From Azolla caroliniana (taxonomy: Eukaryota; Plantae; Polypodiophyta): a stretch of 64,000 nucleotides of DNA. Under the pieces are notes generated by a model. The model worked only from the letters and a program-made list of their open reading frames with translations, was not told the DNA's origin and ran no database searches. Position 1 is the stretch's first letter. Each line of letters begins with the position of its first letter. Positions 39,370 through 52,235 of the stretch are shown here, one piece after another. The stretch is taken from NCBI GenBank assembly GCA_043228905.1, contig JBHGNT010000017.1:6076001-6140000 (forward strand). Reading direction: 5' to 3'. The position numbers were made by a program, and so were the translations under genes.

Positions 39370-42300
39370 CTATCTTGCTCATGCATACACACGTTCTTCT
39401 TCATCACGAATGTTGTTTGCACTTCCGCATTGACAGCCTTGTCCCCAACATTTGGTATTAGAGCATTGGAGGTTCTTCAACCCGTTGTCGGCCGTCATCG
39501 CACAACACAACATTCTGTTTTCGTTTTCTTTGAAGAACAGAGAAGGGAGAAGAAAATCAAAAAGCTCGCATCTCACTGTGTTAAATCACAAATTGGAGTA
39601 AGCTAGTCGGTTGTACTCAGTTCCTGTGATTGTAACCGCTGGAGGGGAGCTCCCTGAGCAACAACCGACCCAATCGTGCTTCATTCGGCTAAACAACATC
39701 CGAATAGGTCACCGAACGCTATTCACCCGCTTGCTGTAACCACCCGCTGCAGATTGGTCTCCTAGCAACAACCACTTTGTGCCTCACTCAGCTGATCGAC
39801 ATTCAGGAGGATTAGTTGGATCCGCCCCTCTCATCGCTGCAGTCATCCGAAGCAGAATCGGCCCAAACAATCAGAAGCTAACCGGGCTCACTCCGACTCG
39901 GCAACAATCAGGAAGACCAGCTGGTTCTGTCCCTCAAGTTACTGGAGTCACTCCGAGCAAGTTCAGCAACAAGTATCCAAAACCAAATCGTCCCTCTCAT
40001 CGCTACAGTCATCCGAAGCAGAATCGGCGCAAACAATCAGAAGCTAACCGGGCTCACTCTGACTCGGCAACATTCAGGAAGACCAGCCGGGTCTATCCCT
40101 CAAGTTACCGGAGTCACTCCGAGCAAGTTCAGCAACAAGTATCCGAAACCAAACCGACTCGGGTTCAAAACCGACTAGAACAATATCAAGTGAGCCAACC
40201 GCTTGCCCGCCACTAAGGTTCGTAGTCAACTCTGAACCGAGTCTTACCAACCGAAACAGAAGCAGATGGCATCAACATCCGGCTCATCGGAGATGAGTCT
40301 AAGGAGGTTCGACGGTTCGAACTTCAACTTCTAGAAGGAACAAATGCAGGACTATCTCATAGTCAAGGGTCAGATACACCCAATTGAGAATGAAAATCCT
40401 CCATAAGCATACAAGACAAACGAGTGGCTAAAGCTGGAAAGAATCATCCGCGCCATGATTCAGATGCACTTGTTGGAGTCAGCGTACTTCACAGTGCAAT
40501 CATGCACGACAACGTTTGAACTTTGGAAAACACTGTTGGAAACTTATGAAAAGAAGGTTGCTGCAATGAAGATGTGTCTAATCCGACGCCTCTACAACTT
40601 GGGGATGAAAGAATCTGATTCGGTTCAGGCACACCTCAACGAGTACGAAAGCATAAGCTTCCAAATCTCGTCTCAGGGGACAACAATAGAGGATGAACTC
40701 AAAGCAATGATACTCATGAGTAGTCTCCCCTCTTCGTGGGAAACTTTCATTACAACCGTGTGTAATGCTTCAACAACTGCAGTTAAGTACTCCGAAGTCA
40801 CGAGCGCAATCCTGACTGAAGCAGCTCAGAGAAAGTCTTTCGCCAAAGACTCGACAGATGAAGCTTACGTAGTACAAGGTTCGACCGATCGATCGAACAA
40901 CCGGGGAAGAAGTTCTTCCCAACGCCGAACAATCAGCGAATCCGGAGCAAGTCCCGGGACAACCGAATCTGCAACTACTGCAAGAAACCGGGACACATCA
41001 AAGCCGACTGCCGAGCACTCAAAGAAAAAACCGACAAAGCTTAGAGAGCGGATCAGAAGAGTAGCCGGCATGAGGAGTTCAACTACGTTGGCTCTTCAGC
41101 CGAAATTTTGACGACCGACCCGAACATATTGTCCATAGAGAACCCAGTTGAATAAGAAGTTCTACTTACGACTGAGGAATTGAGCACATGGCTCCTGGAC
41201 TTGGGTGCATCGTATCATGTGACACCTCACCGATCTCAGTTTCGGCAATAGTCGGATTGGCACTCCGACTCAGTTTGAGTTGGAAACTCACAGCATTGTG
41301 CTATAATCGGAATCGACACCGTAGAGCTCAATCTTCCGGGAGGCTCTACACTCGTACTACACAACGTCCGACATGTTCCTGAGCTTTCAAGACCCTTGAT
41401 CTTAGTTAGACAACTTGACGAAGCCGGCATCCGTGTCAGATTCTCATCAGGAGGGTGGACACTCCACAAAGGGAACCTCCTTCTTGCTCGAGGACCAAAG
41501 GTACATTCCTTGTATCCTTTATATGTCACACTCAAAGAGGGTGACTTATTTTTGGTTGATATCCCCGTGTCATCGTTATGGCAGGGACGACTTGGACACC
41601 TCAGCAAGGTTGGCATAACGCACCTATCTAGAGCCGGTTACATCCCCAAACTCTCCTTCTCGGATCACCAATTCTGCAATCATTGCCAGTACGGCAAACA
41701 GGTAGCCACATCACACCCAACATCAGCACCAAGAGAATCGAGTCCCCTCGATTTGGTCCACTCAGACATCTGTGGCCCGATGCCACATCAGTCTCTCGGC
41801 GGTGCTTTGTACTTCGTCAGTTTTATTGACGACTCGATTCGGAAGGTGTGGGCTTACCCCTTCAGAACCAAAGATCGAGTGTTCTCGATCTTCTCAGAAT
41901 GGCTTGCAATGGTCGAAAGTCAGACCGGTCGGAAACTGAAATGTCTTTGAACCAACAATGGAGGAGAATTCAAGTCTGAAGAATTCGTCAAATTCTGCCA
42001 GAAACGCGGCATTCGACGTGAAGATACGGCACCCTATAGTCCGGAACAGAACAAAATTGTTGAACGCATGAATCAGACGATTCAAGAATGCGTAGTATCC
42101 ATGCTCCAACACTCCGGACTGTCGGATGGCTTCTGGGCGGAGGCTCTACTTACGGCAGTACACATGATAAATATGTTGCCAAGTAGACCTCTAGGACTTC
42201 AAATACCTCAGGAAATATGGACCGACAGTAAGCCGAATTATGACAAACAAAGGATCTTTAGTTGCGGGGCGTATGCTCTCATACCGAAAGACGACCGCTG

Positions 42301-43649
42301 GAAACTTGAACCAAGGTCAAGAAAATGTGTTTTTCTTCGAAATGGACCCGACGGCGAGATCGGATACCGACTCTGGGACCCCGAGCACAGACAAATCGTC
42401 CAAATTTCGGATGTCGTGTTCAACGAGTCAGCTATGCATAAAACGGCCGAAAGGCCTATTGAAGTCCGAAGGGTAATATTTTCCAAAGTGCCAACCCTTC
42501 ATGACGGCCTAACCCACAACACAAGATCAGTTTCACGGGTAACCGACAACTCTCGCACCGACTCCACCGATTCGGCACAGCCGAATGGCTCGGCTCCTGA
42601 CCATCCGACATTGACACCCGGTGCGACTAGTCCAATCATACCTCGCAGATCCGAGAGATTGTCGCAACCTTCGGAGAGGTACTCTCCCAGAATTGTTTTT
42701 ACCGACGTCGGCGAACCGACGTCTTACGAAGAAACATCGGCATCAGTCGATTAAGCCACATTGCATTTGGCGATGGAGTCGGAAATGCACTCCATTCGGG
42801 CAAACAAGACTTGGGACTTGGTCGAATTGCTGAAGAATCAACGTGCTCTTCCGTGTAAGTGGGTCTATCGACTAAAAGAGACGTCTGACTCGACCACCCC
42901 AAAGTACAAGGCCAGATTAGTTGCGAAGGGATTTCGACAAGAATATGGCGTCGACTTCGACGAAATCTTTTCACTAGTGGTGAAAATGACGACCCTTCGT
43001 TTCATGCTCGGCGTCATGGCCGCTGACAACTTGGAGTTGATTCAGCTAGATGTAAAAACGACATTCCTCCACAGTGACCTAGAGGAGGAAATCTATATGG
43101 AGCAGCCGAAAGGCTTTGTGGCATCCGGCCAAGAACATCTAATCTGCCGACTCAAGAAGAGTCTCTACGGCCTGAAATAGGCACCCCGACAGTTGTACAA
43201 GAAGTTCAACGACTTCATCCAATCGGTCGGCTTCTCAAAGAGCGATGAGGACCACTGTCTCTTCACCAAAACAGCTCAAGATGGGTCTCCTGTCTTGCTC
43301 ATCATCTATGTGGATGACATGCTACTCTCCGGTCGGCATGCCGGAGAGCTCACCGAACTTGTTCGGCAACTGCGGTTGAAGTTTTCCATGAAGGACCTCG
43401 GTTCGGTAAGACACATACTTGGTATGAAGATTAGTCGGTATCGCGATACACGACAACTTTTCTTGTCTCAAACCAACTAAATCGGACGTGTCTTAGAACG
43501 CTTCAACATGCAATCGGCCAAGTCTGCTTCAACCCCGCTCCCCATTAACCTTCAGTTGTCTCAGCAAGACTGTCTGACATCTGGTCCGGAGGGGGAAGAT
43601 ATGAAATCGGTACCGTATGCACTGGCAGTCGGCTCCCTCATGTACGCGA

Positions 43650-44371
43650 TGTCGTAGTGTATTTCGTACACTACGTGAAAAAGTAAAAATAATATAACCG
43701 ATTTAATTACATATAAATAAATAAAATAAGAATATCAAAATATTTATCACGTGCATAGGGCAAGATTCGAAGCCTATACCTCCACGTAGCCAAACCTCAA
43801 CTTTACCATTATGCTACCTTATCTTTAGTGTTCTACAAATAGATTTAATAACTATAAGTTCTTTATTTGCGCCTACCTTTATTAAAAGGTAAATCATGTA
43901 TTTTTAGAGTGCGTGAATATTTTATAGAAAAACGCAAGCAACTAAAAAGTGACTCATGCACATCTAGCATGCATGAGCACTATATTTAGCAAATAAAAGC
44001 AAGGATTAGAAAAGCATCACATGCACATTTAGTGTGCATGAACATATGAGAAAAAAGCATGTAGCTATGCTTAGTCTCTCCCATCACTATATAAGGATGG
44101 GGAGCACATTGTAGTTTTTGTTGATTATTTTTCTATAATGATCAATCAATCTAAAATATTCGTGCGATTCACGAATTTGCTAAAATAATTCTCTCTTACT
44201 ACCTAAATATTGACTAAATATACTAAACTCGTGGGATTCACGAGATTCTTATCTTATAACTCTTTATACCTATTCTTTACTAGCCTTATTTGTATTTTTC
44301 TTCCTCCTAGTCCAAAACCTCGGCGGTTCCCACCCGACTCACACAACGATCCGGAGCCGAAAGGCACGACA
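43650..44371 (+). mobile_element. Gypsy solo LTR, family B
   Basis: TGTCGT...ACGACA ends and TSD GCGA/GCGA. Removal restores copia codons MYAMVVTQPNI. Reverse-complement homolog of 37711-38429. Confidence 0.92.
43753..43823 (-). ncRNA. tRNA-like cassette in family B solo LTR (best-preserved A box)
   Basis: Minus strand: gataagg TAGCATAATGG taaagttgaggtttggctacgtggaggtatag GCTTCGAATCT tgccctatgc; partial acceptor stem ataagg/ccctat. Confidence 0.6.
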
Positions 44372-45406
44372 GCGATGGTCGTGACACAGCCTAATATCTC
44401 TCACGCCGTAGGAGTCGTCAGCAGATTCGTGCACAACCCCGACTGATCGCACTGGAATGCAGTCAAGCATGTGTTCAGATATCTAATTGGCACAAAAGAC
44501 CACGACATTCTTTTCAGCCCAAACTCAACCCCAGGCGTAGTCGGATACACCGACTCAGACTTCGCCGGTTGTGTGGACAGTCGGAAATCAACAACTGGAT
44601 ACTGTTTCAAATTCGGCAATAGAGCAATCTCGTGGAAGTCAAAACTTCAGGAGTGCACAGCCACCTCAACGATCGAAGCAGAATATGTAGCTACGTCCGA
44701 CGCGGCAAAAGAAGCTTTATGGCTTGGTGGGCTAGCGCACACGTTTCGACAGGTCGACTCCGACTTGGCTCCAGTTTTCTACAGCGACAATTAGGGTGTT
44801 GTTGCTTGTCAAAAAATCCGATTCACCACAACGCCTCTAAGCATATTGACGTTCGATATCACTTCGTTTGGGACTGCGTCATTTCAGGGAAAATCAGTCT
44901 CGAGAAGATATCCACAACCGATAATGTCGCAAATGGAATGACCAAGTGTCTTTCGGCGGATCATTTCCGGTCCCTTCAGCACCAAATGGGCGTAACAAAG
45001 AATCAGTCCAGTTAAAGTCGGACACACAGCACATGATGGTTTCGAACCACCGACATCGGTTCTCTGAGGATCAGCTTTAGCTCTTCCGACCCAACCGATT
45101 CGGTCTTCTTTCTTCGGATCATGCCGACTCTGACAAAACCGATTTGTCCGATAAACCTTGTATATATACCTGTAATTCTTTAAGATAACCCATGTATACG
45201 CCCATTACAGGGGAGTGTCGAATATGAGTGTATAATGGCCATATTCACACTGTCCCTTTGGACATCCCAAGTTCGGGCTATTTTTGTAAATAACATAAAG
45301 GGCAGTTGCCCTAGGATAGTCACTATATAAAGTGACTTTGTAACCTTTAGTGAAGGTTGGTTGTAATGTGTAACTGTTGCTATTGGAATATAACGTTTCC
45401 TTTGTG

Positions 45407-45456
<50 letters not shown>

Positions 45457-48065
45457 CCTTTGTGTCTATCTTGCTCATGCATACACAGGTTCTTCTTCAT
45501 CATGAATGTTGCTTGCACTTCCTCATTGACGGCATTGTCCCCAACAACTCTACCTCTAGTACCTCTTTAGTACTAATTCCCTCTCCGTCTTTAGTACTAT
45601 TCCTGACAGTTTGAACCAAATTTCTCTATCTTCTTACTCCTCCCTCCCTTCATACTAATGCTCTTATTCCTCCTTCCTCCAACACTACGACAACAGTTAG
45701 CGCTCAAGAATATCAGTCCGTTTTCTCGGAGTTGCAATGCTTGAAAGAAAGGTTTGTCGCATTGGAACAAGAAAATCAATGCTTGTTGGGGGATCTTCAA
45801 CATATCTCTTTAGAAAAGTAGCAAACGCAACAACAAATGGGGAGCTAGCGTTACATGCGCAACAACTTGATGCGACCATTGTAGCATGGCAACAAGGACC
45901 AAGTACTCAAGGGATTCATAAAGAGCCCAAGATCAGCCTTCCTATGAAATTCAATTTAACGTGATCACAATTCAGAGGATTCCTTAAGAAGGTACGATTA
46001 GTCATTCAAATGCATCCTTACCGATATCCCACTGATGCATCACAAGTGGGTCTAGTAGGCACGTTGTTGAGCGGCTCAGCTTTGGCATGGTTCGCTCCGT
46101 TGTTAGAAAAAACATCTCCGTTACTAAATAATTTTGAGGAGTTTATAAGAGAGTTTAAAGCCTATTTTGGAGATACTGATGGCATAAGGACGACAATCAA
46201 CAAATTCCAATGATTACGTCAAGGTGATCGTCCAGCCTCCGCTTACGCTACAGATTTCCATCTACTCACCTCCGATATCCCCTAGGATGAATAAGCATTG
46301 ATGGAGCAATTTCAATAGGGCCTACGAAATGATGTCAAAGACTTACTCCTGACTTTCCCCGAATAACCAAAATTGCTTACAGAGGCAATCAGTCGAGAGG
46401 TGTGGTGCGATAACCTTCTTTTCGAACGACGTTTGGAACGCCAACTTATTTTTTCTCTCACACAGCTTACCAAGAAGGGGTAGTCCTTTGTTTGGTCTAA
46501 GGAAGCGGACATGGCTTTTGCGAGTCTTAAGAAAGCATTTACATCAGCTCTTATTCTAGCTCATGTTGATCCGAAAAAACCGTTCATCATTGAGGCAAAT
46601 GTGTCGGATTTCACCCTTGCATGGTTGTAACATACTTAGCATACTATACGCGTACAATACGTATGCTACATATGTTATAAGTATTCTAATTTTCTTTTAT
46701 AAGTTCTTAGAATACATATTTAAAGGTAAAATACGTTGAGTATGTTTTGAATACGTTGAATAGGTTGTTGAATATGTTGAATGCATCAAATACTTGAAAA
46801 CCACTGATGTTGAATGCAAAGATACTTGGAATTTAAATACTATATAGTAAATACCAATTATCTTTATTGCCCATGGATAAATGGTTATCTATGTTTCAAT
46901 ACATTATACACGTGATATACATATTTTAAAATGAAAGTGAACACTAGAGATTCGAGAACACAATTGAAGTTTGAATCAAAACACATATCATTTGAACCCT
47001 CAAATGATGGAAAATGAATAGAGTGATCAAAAAACTATTAGAATTTAAAACTTTCTTCATACTCATAGTTATTCGTTTTTAAATTCAAAATTAAAATAAA
47101 TATGTAAAAAACCAACAATACATTCCATGCAATTTTCAATTATATTTCTTCTTCTAAATCATCATTATAAGATTTCGTTGTTGTATCAGCATAGTTGTCC
47201 ACATAATCACTATCAGAAGATGAATCAACAATGGCATTGTCAATGTCTTCATCCTCTTGATCTCCAACATCATTACCAAATTCAGCATTGCAAGCCTCAG
47301 TTGTAGTTTGTCAAGTAATTATCCTTCTTGTACTTGCAACTCTCGCAAAAACATGACTACAAACATATCCACGACCTCTTCTAATAGTGCTAGAACTTGA
47401 TCCCACCAATCCTTCATCCACTATCATAACGGCAAACTTAGATCTACTTCGAGTAACCCGACCAATGTGCATAGCCTCAACTTCCTCAAAATATGCTTGT
47501 GTGACTTGAGTAGCAATATTTTGTTGATGGAGGCATTTCAGGAGTCTTGTCAATGTCTATCTCATCTGGATTTACCTAAATCAAATAATATTTTGGTATC
47601 ATAATATTTAAACCACAACTAATTAACAAGGCTCATTAATTCACCTACAAAATTCAAATGGTTTTCTAAACATCAAATGTCAAAAGAATAAGAAAGATGT
47701 AGACCTGCATTGGAAGACCCGCATGAGTTTGAAACCTTCGAACAAGCCTTAAGTTTTCTCTAACATATACTAATCTCTCCACTTGTTTCACCGTCAAACA
47801 GTTCCTCCTTTTTGTATGTGCCAATGCATGTGCATTCCAATTTCTTTCAACAGCTCTAGAAGAGCAATCCTATGACACAAAGTATTAAGCAAATAATACA
47901 TGTCATTGTAGAAGATTAATAAAAAATGAACTATAATACCTGAGACAATACTCTATAAGCTAACGACTGTAGTAAGGGCGCATTGTCCCCGTATCTTTCC
48001 CACCATGAGACAGGTTTACATTTTGCCATGTGTGATTTTGATAGTTCATTGTTAAATCGGCCCAC

Positions 48066-49470
48066 TGTCACGGACACACCAACCGCGGATTGGGACGGAG
48101 CATAGATACTAGATTGACAAAGATGAATTCTAGAAGTTGTGAGAGACATGAGAGCATGAAGACAAAGATGAAGAAGGAGACAAGATGGAATGAAACGAGA
48201 ATACTAGATTGATGTGTCAATGACTGGTGTGTCCGTGACAGTTTGAATCCCTTCCAACTGGAAGCACCACCCATCTTCGTCATCGCCTTTGCTTCTAGAG
48301 TTACCATCATCACCATCCTTGCTTCCGGAGTTACCGTCATCAACATCCTTGTCTTCGACGTCATCATTTTCAGCACCTCTTCGCCTAACCATCGTCGTCA
48401 TCAACATTACTTGTCATCATTTTTAGGTATCATTTTGCATCACGGTTTTGGTGAGGAGTGCTTTCGATTGCTCACCTTCCCAGTTCCGGTGGGAGTCACA
48501 ACCGCTCACTTTTCTAGTGGGGATCGGATCATTACTCGCTTGCACTACATTTTCGTTATAGTTCTAGTCTCATGCCACTTCTATTGGCGAGGACTGATTT
48601 CGATCACTCACCTTCCCAGTTCCGGTGGGGGTCACAACCGCTCACTTTCCTAGTGGGGATCATGTGGTTTTCTCGCTAGCGCCACCGTTTGTGTCGTGTC
48701 TTGGGTCAACCTCGACTATTTACCCGCTCATAATAGAAGAAGTCGAGTCGACCGCTTCACTTGCACTCCTTCGCCCATTCGTGTTCCAATTGCCGGTGAG
48801 GGCCGCATGGTCGCTCACGCCCGTTCCTGTTTAGTTCTCGGTGAGGGCTGCATGGTCGCTCACGTCCGTTCGTGTTCCAGTTCTCGATGAGGGCTGCGTG
48901 GTCGCTCACGTTCCAGTTCCCAACGAGGGCCACACATGGTTGCTCACTCCCGTTCGTCTTCCAGTCTCCGGTGAGGACTGCACATGGTCGCTCACTCCAG
49001 CTATTGTTCATGTTCCAGATCCCAGCGAGGACAAACATGGTCGCTCATTCCCGTTGTTGTTCATGTTCCAGTTCCCGGTGAGGACCACACATGGTCGCTC
49101 ACGCCTGTTGATGTTCGTGTTCCAACTCTCAACGAGGACCGACATGGTCTCTCATGCCCGTTGGTGTTCGTGTTCCCAGTGAGGACCACACATGGTCACT
49201 CACGCCCATTGGTATTCGTGTTCCAGTCTCCAGTGAGGACCGCACATGGTCGCTCACTCCAGTTATTGTTCGTGTTCTAGATCTTGACGAGGACCAACAT
49301 GGTCACTCATGCCTGTTGTTGTTCATGTTCTAGTTCCTGATGAGGACCAAACATGGTCGCTCACGCCCGTTGGTGTTCGTATTCCAACTCTCGACAAGGA
49401 CCGACACGGTCTCTCATGCCCGTTGATGTTCGTGTTCCCCATGAGGACTACACATGGTCACTCACCACAA
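48066..49470 (+). mobile_element. Fragment of a short-LTR gypsy element: 175-bp LTR plus repeat-rich leader
   Basis: 48066-48240 is bounded by a perfect 16-bp inverted repeat TGTCACGGACACACCA/TGGTGTGTCCGTGACA and followed by GTTTGAA, as at 45609. Confidence 0.6.
48770..49465. repeat. Minisatellite, ~40-55 bp unit (gagg...catggtcgctcac...gttcgtgttccag), about 13 diverged copies
   Basis: catggtcgctcac core recurs throughout. Confidence 0.85.
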
Positions 49471-52235
49471 CCAACAACAATGAAAACATTCCAAAACCTC
49501 TTTATATCTGCATTAACATTTGAATTTGAATCAAAACTCGAAATCAGTTACCAAAATATGCATAACGTAGATGATATCAATGATTCAAAGACATGAAAAA
49601 GATGCAATAAACAACAATTGTACATACTACATACTATCCTCATGAACTCATAAAGTAAGCCCATTGTAGATCCTTCACGATCAGTTAGCCGCAAAACAGA
49701 AAATAGTGGACACATAATTGAAATTACAATCATAATTGAAGGCAAAGTAGAGTTATCTTGCACAATGGACTTCACCTTGATAGCATCCGGCTTTTTGGAG
49801 TCACTCCAATCAGGCTCCCAATAGTTACTAACCACAGTTTATTCAAGGGCTCTCCAAACTCTTGCCAGCCTCTCAAGGACAATAAGAATGTAGCCAAATC
49901 AAGTGGCACTTGACCTAAGGAGCACAAGAGATGAATAGTTGCTGAAATTTTTTCGTGCATTCCTTTTCTTGGTGAATAGTCTAACCACACAATTTGCTCT
50001 CTTGTGCACTTGACGAACCCAACTCAACTTCCCAATATCCTCTAGCAATAAATCTAAACAATGTGATGCACAAGGAGTCCATACAAGGCTTGGGAAATTC
50101 AATCTCTAGAATGTGACCCATGCTAACACAATTAGATGCATTATCCATGACAATTTACACCACATTTTCTACTTTTACTTCCTTTATCGCAGTTGATACC
50201 ATTTCAGCCAACCATGGACCATCAACCCTTGTAGAAACTCCACTACAATCAATAGTTTTAAGGTACATTGTGCCATAACAACATGAGACCAAAATATTCA
50301 CAAGTGCTCACTTGCTAGTGTCAATCCATCCATCGGAAAGTATGGTAACTCCATATTTTGGCCAAAGGGCTTTCACATTTTCCACTTTGTGTTGCACATT
50401 CAAATGCTCTTTCTTTAAATATTTAACTCTTAAATCATTGTAGGTAATACCACTATACTTTTCCCCAACATCAGAGAAATCTAACAACATGTTCCTCCAA
50501 CATGACATTTTCAAAAGATTAAAAGATAGATTACCTTCCACAATGCATCTAACCAACATTGTGTTTGCATGGTCTTTCTTGATCAACATAGCGGCACTTG
50601 ATCCCCTCCTTATTGTGCTTTGAGTGTGACTTTTTCTTCTTGAACCTTATCTTCAATATCAATAGGAATTTGGTCTATTGAATCCTTCTTAGATGAGGCA
50701 CATATGCTATCCATTGAAGGTTGTGATTGGAACATTGAATCAACCATTGAATCCACCATGCCTTCTTGAAGCTCAATTTGTTTTTCCATGGCTTCTACTT
50801 CTTTAATGCGTTTTAGCTTCTTGCGAGTCAATTCACTTTCTTGTGCTACTGCTATAGCATCTTGATATGCCTCTAGAGTTACTTGCACACACTTGTCTAT
50901 ACCTTCACCTTTAATTCCACCAAGGTGAGCAACTAAAAGTGTTAGTGTCCCAGACCCATTAAAACCACATAATTTGCAATCCCAATAATAGTTCCTAGAT
51001 GACTTCCCAGCTTGTTTGTTCAAACAATATTTATCCCATAAGGGGGATTCCTTGCGTGGCATAGTTGATTGAGGATGACAAGTTCTACAGACTCGAAGTT
51101 GTCTTTTATATTGTCCTAAATTCATGAATCCACAATGTAAAATGTGTGAATAAGGAAATAATGTGATGTAACAATGCAGGAAGAAATTGTTTAAATGATA
51201 GACATAAGCAAATGGCAAATCCGAATGGAAGATACTTGCCTAATCAAATAGCATTCCATCCCCATCAAGAGGAAAAATTTATTATTAATTAGAAAGGAAT
51301 TATAAAAGAGCACATAATCACGGAACTTTTACCTGTGATGTCGGTGTGCTCTTGTATGAAAACACTATTCTTTGATAAGTCACCACAAGCTATCAATGTC
51401 TCTATCTGCCACCAACATTGTTGTATTAAAGAAGGGATAGACACACATAAACCCAAACCATACACATAACATGTTGTATTATACTATAGTCTATTATGCA
51501 TATAAGTTGATGGAATCTGTGTTTTGATGAATTAAATAGGAAAAATTCCAAAATACTTGTTCCAAAATCTCAAAAGTGACAATGACAATTTAGTGAGATG
51601 TCATGACTAGGAAATAGATGTAAAGAGTGTCACAATTGTATGCATCACGAATCATACATGCATACAATACAATACAAACACACAAACACACACACACACA
51701 CATGTACATACACACACACACACATACATACATACATACATACAATACAATACATACATATATGTATGTATATGTACGTATATATGCATATATAATGTAT
51801 GTGTTGTAAATGCTCACTTCTTCTCTTCCTTTCTTTTTTGTGTGGCCAAAGTAAGACACAAGATAAAGAATGAGATAATGGCCGCCTGTTGCCGAGAGCT
51901 AATGTCGCGACCCAAGCTTCGAAGACGAGATCGATTTGGAAGAAAAGAAGATAATAACAAACAAGAAGACGTTTACAAGACAAAAATACAAGAATTTCTA
52001 TTACCGGAAACCGAGATTACAAGGTTGCTGAAGACTGGTGTTGAACCGGAATGGTTCAACACTAAGCAGATCTTCGACTTATATACTGTACATCAGAATG
52101 TGCATGATCGCCATTTGGCATACATGTTGTGCGCCACTTGGCGTACAGCGTGCATGCCATTTGGCGGTCATCTAATGTGTCTAGTGCTCTAGAGTTCTTG
52201 AATAATAATAATATGAGAATGTATTAACTAATGAA

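Larger units (their letters stand above)
40266..45015 (+). pseudogene. gag-pol: Copia gag-pol with many premature stops; solo LTR inserted near the RT end
   Basis: FDGSNFNF, HSDICGP, KARLVAKGF, LDVKTTFLH, YVDDML, GYTDSDFAG, SKHIDVRYHF. Confidence 0.95.
39146..45546 (+). mobile_element. Full-length degenerate Ty1/copia element D (Tnt1/Tork-like)
   Basis: LTRs 39146-39450 and 45216-45546, PBS tggtattagagc 39453-39464, PPT aggggag 45209-45215, TSD GCTCT/ACTCT. ~166-bp tandem duplication in the leader (39828-40150). Confidence 0.95.
47705..51062 (-). pseudogene. hAT transposase (BED zinc finger, DUF659 catalytic region, dimerisation domain), disrupted
   Basis: SPLWDKY...WDCKLC...AHL (BED), GVTILSDGWID, WTPCASHCLDLLLEDIGK, SWWERYG...RVLSQ. 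Middle part replaced by the 48066-49470 insertion. Confidence 0.92.

Noticed and set aside
48770-49465. Repeat-spacer-like array and several overlapping ORFs
   Set aside because: Inter-core sequences are homologous to each other (minisatellite); the ORFs are by-products of the repeat.
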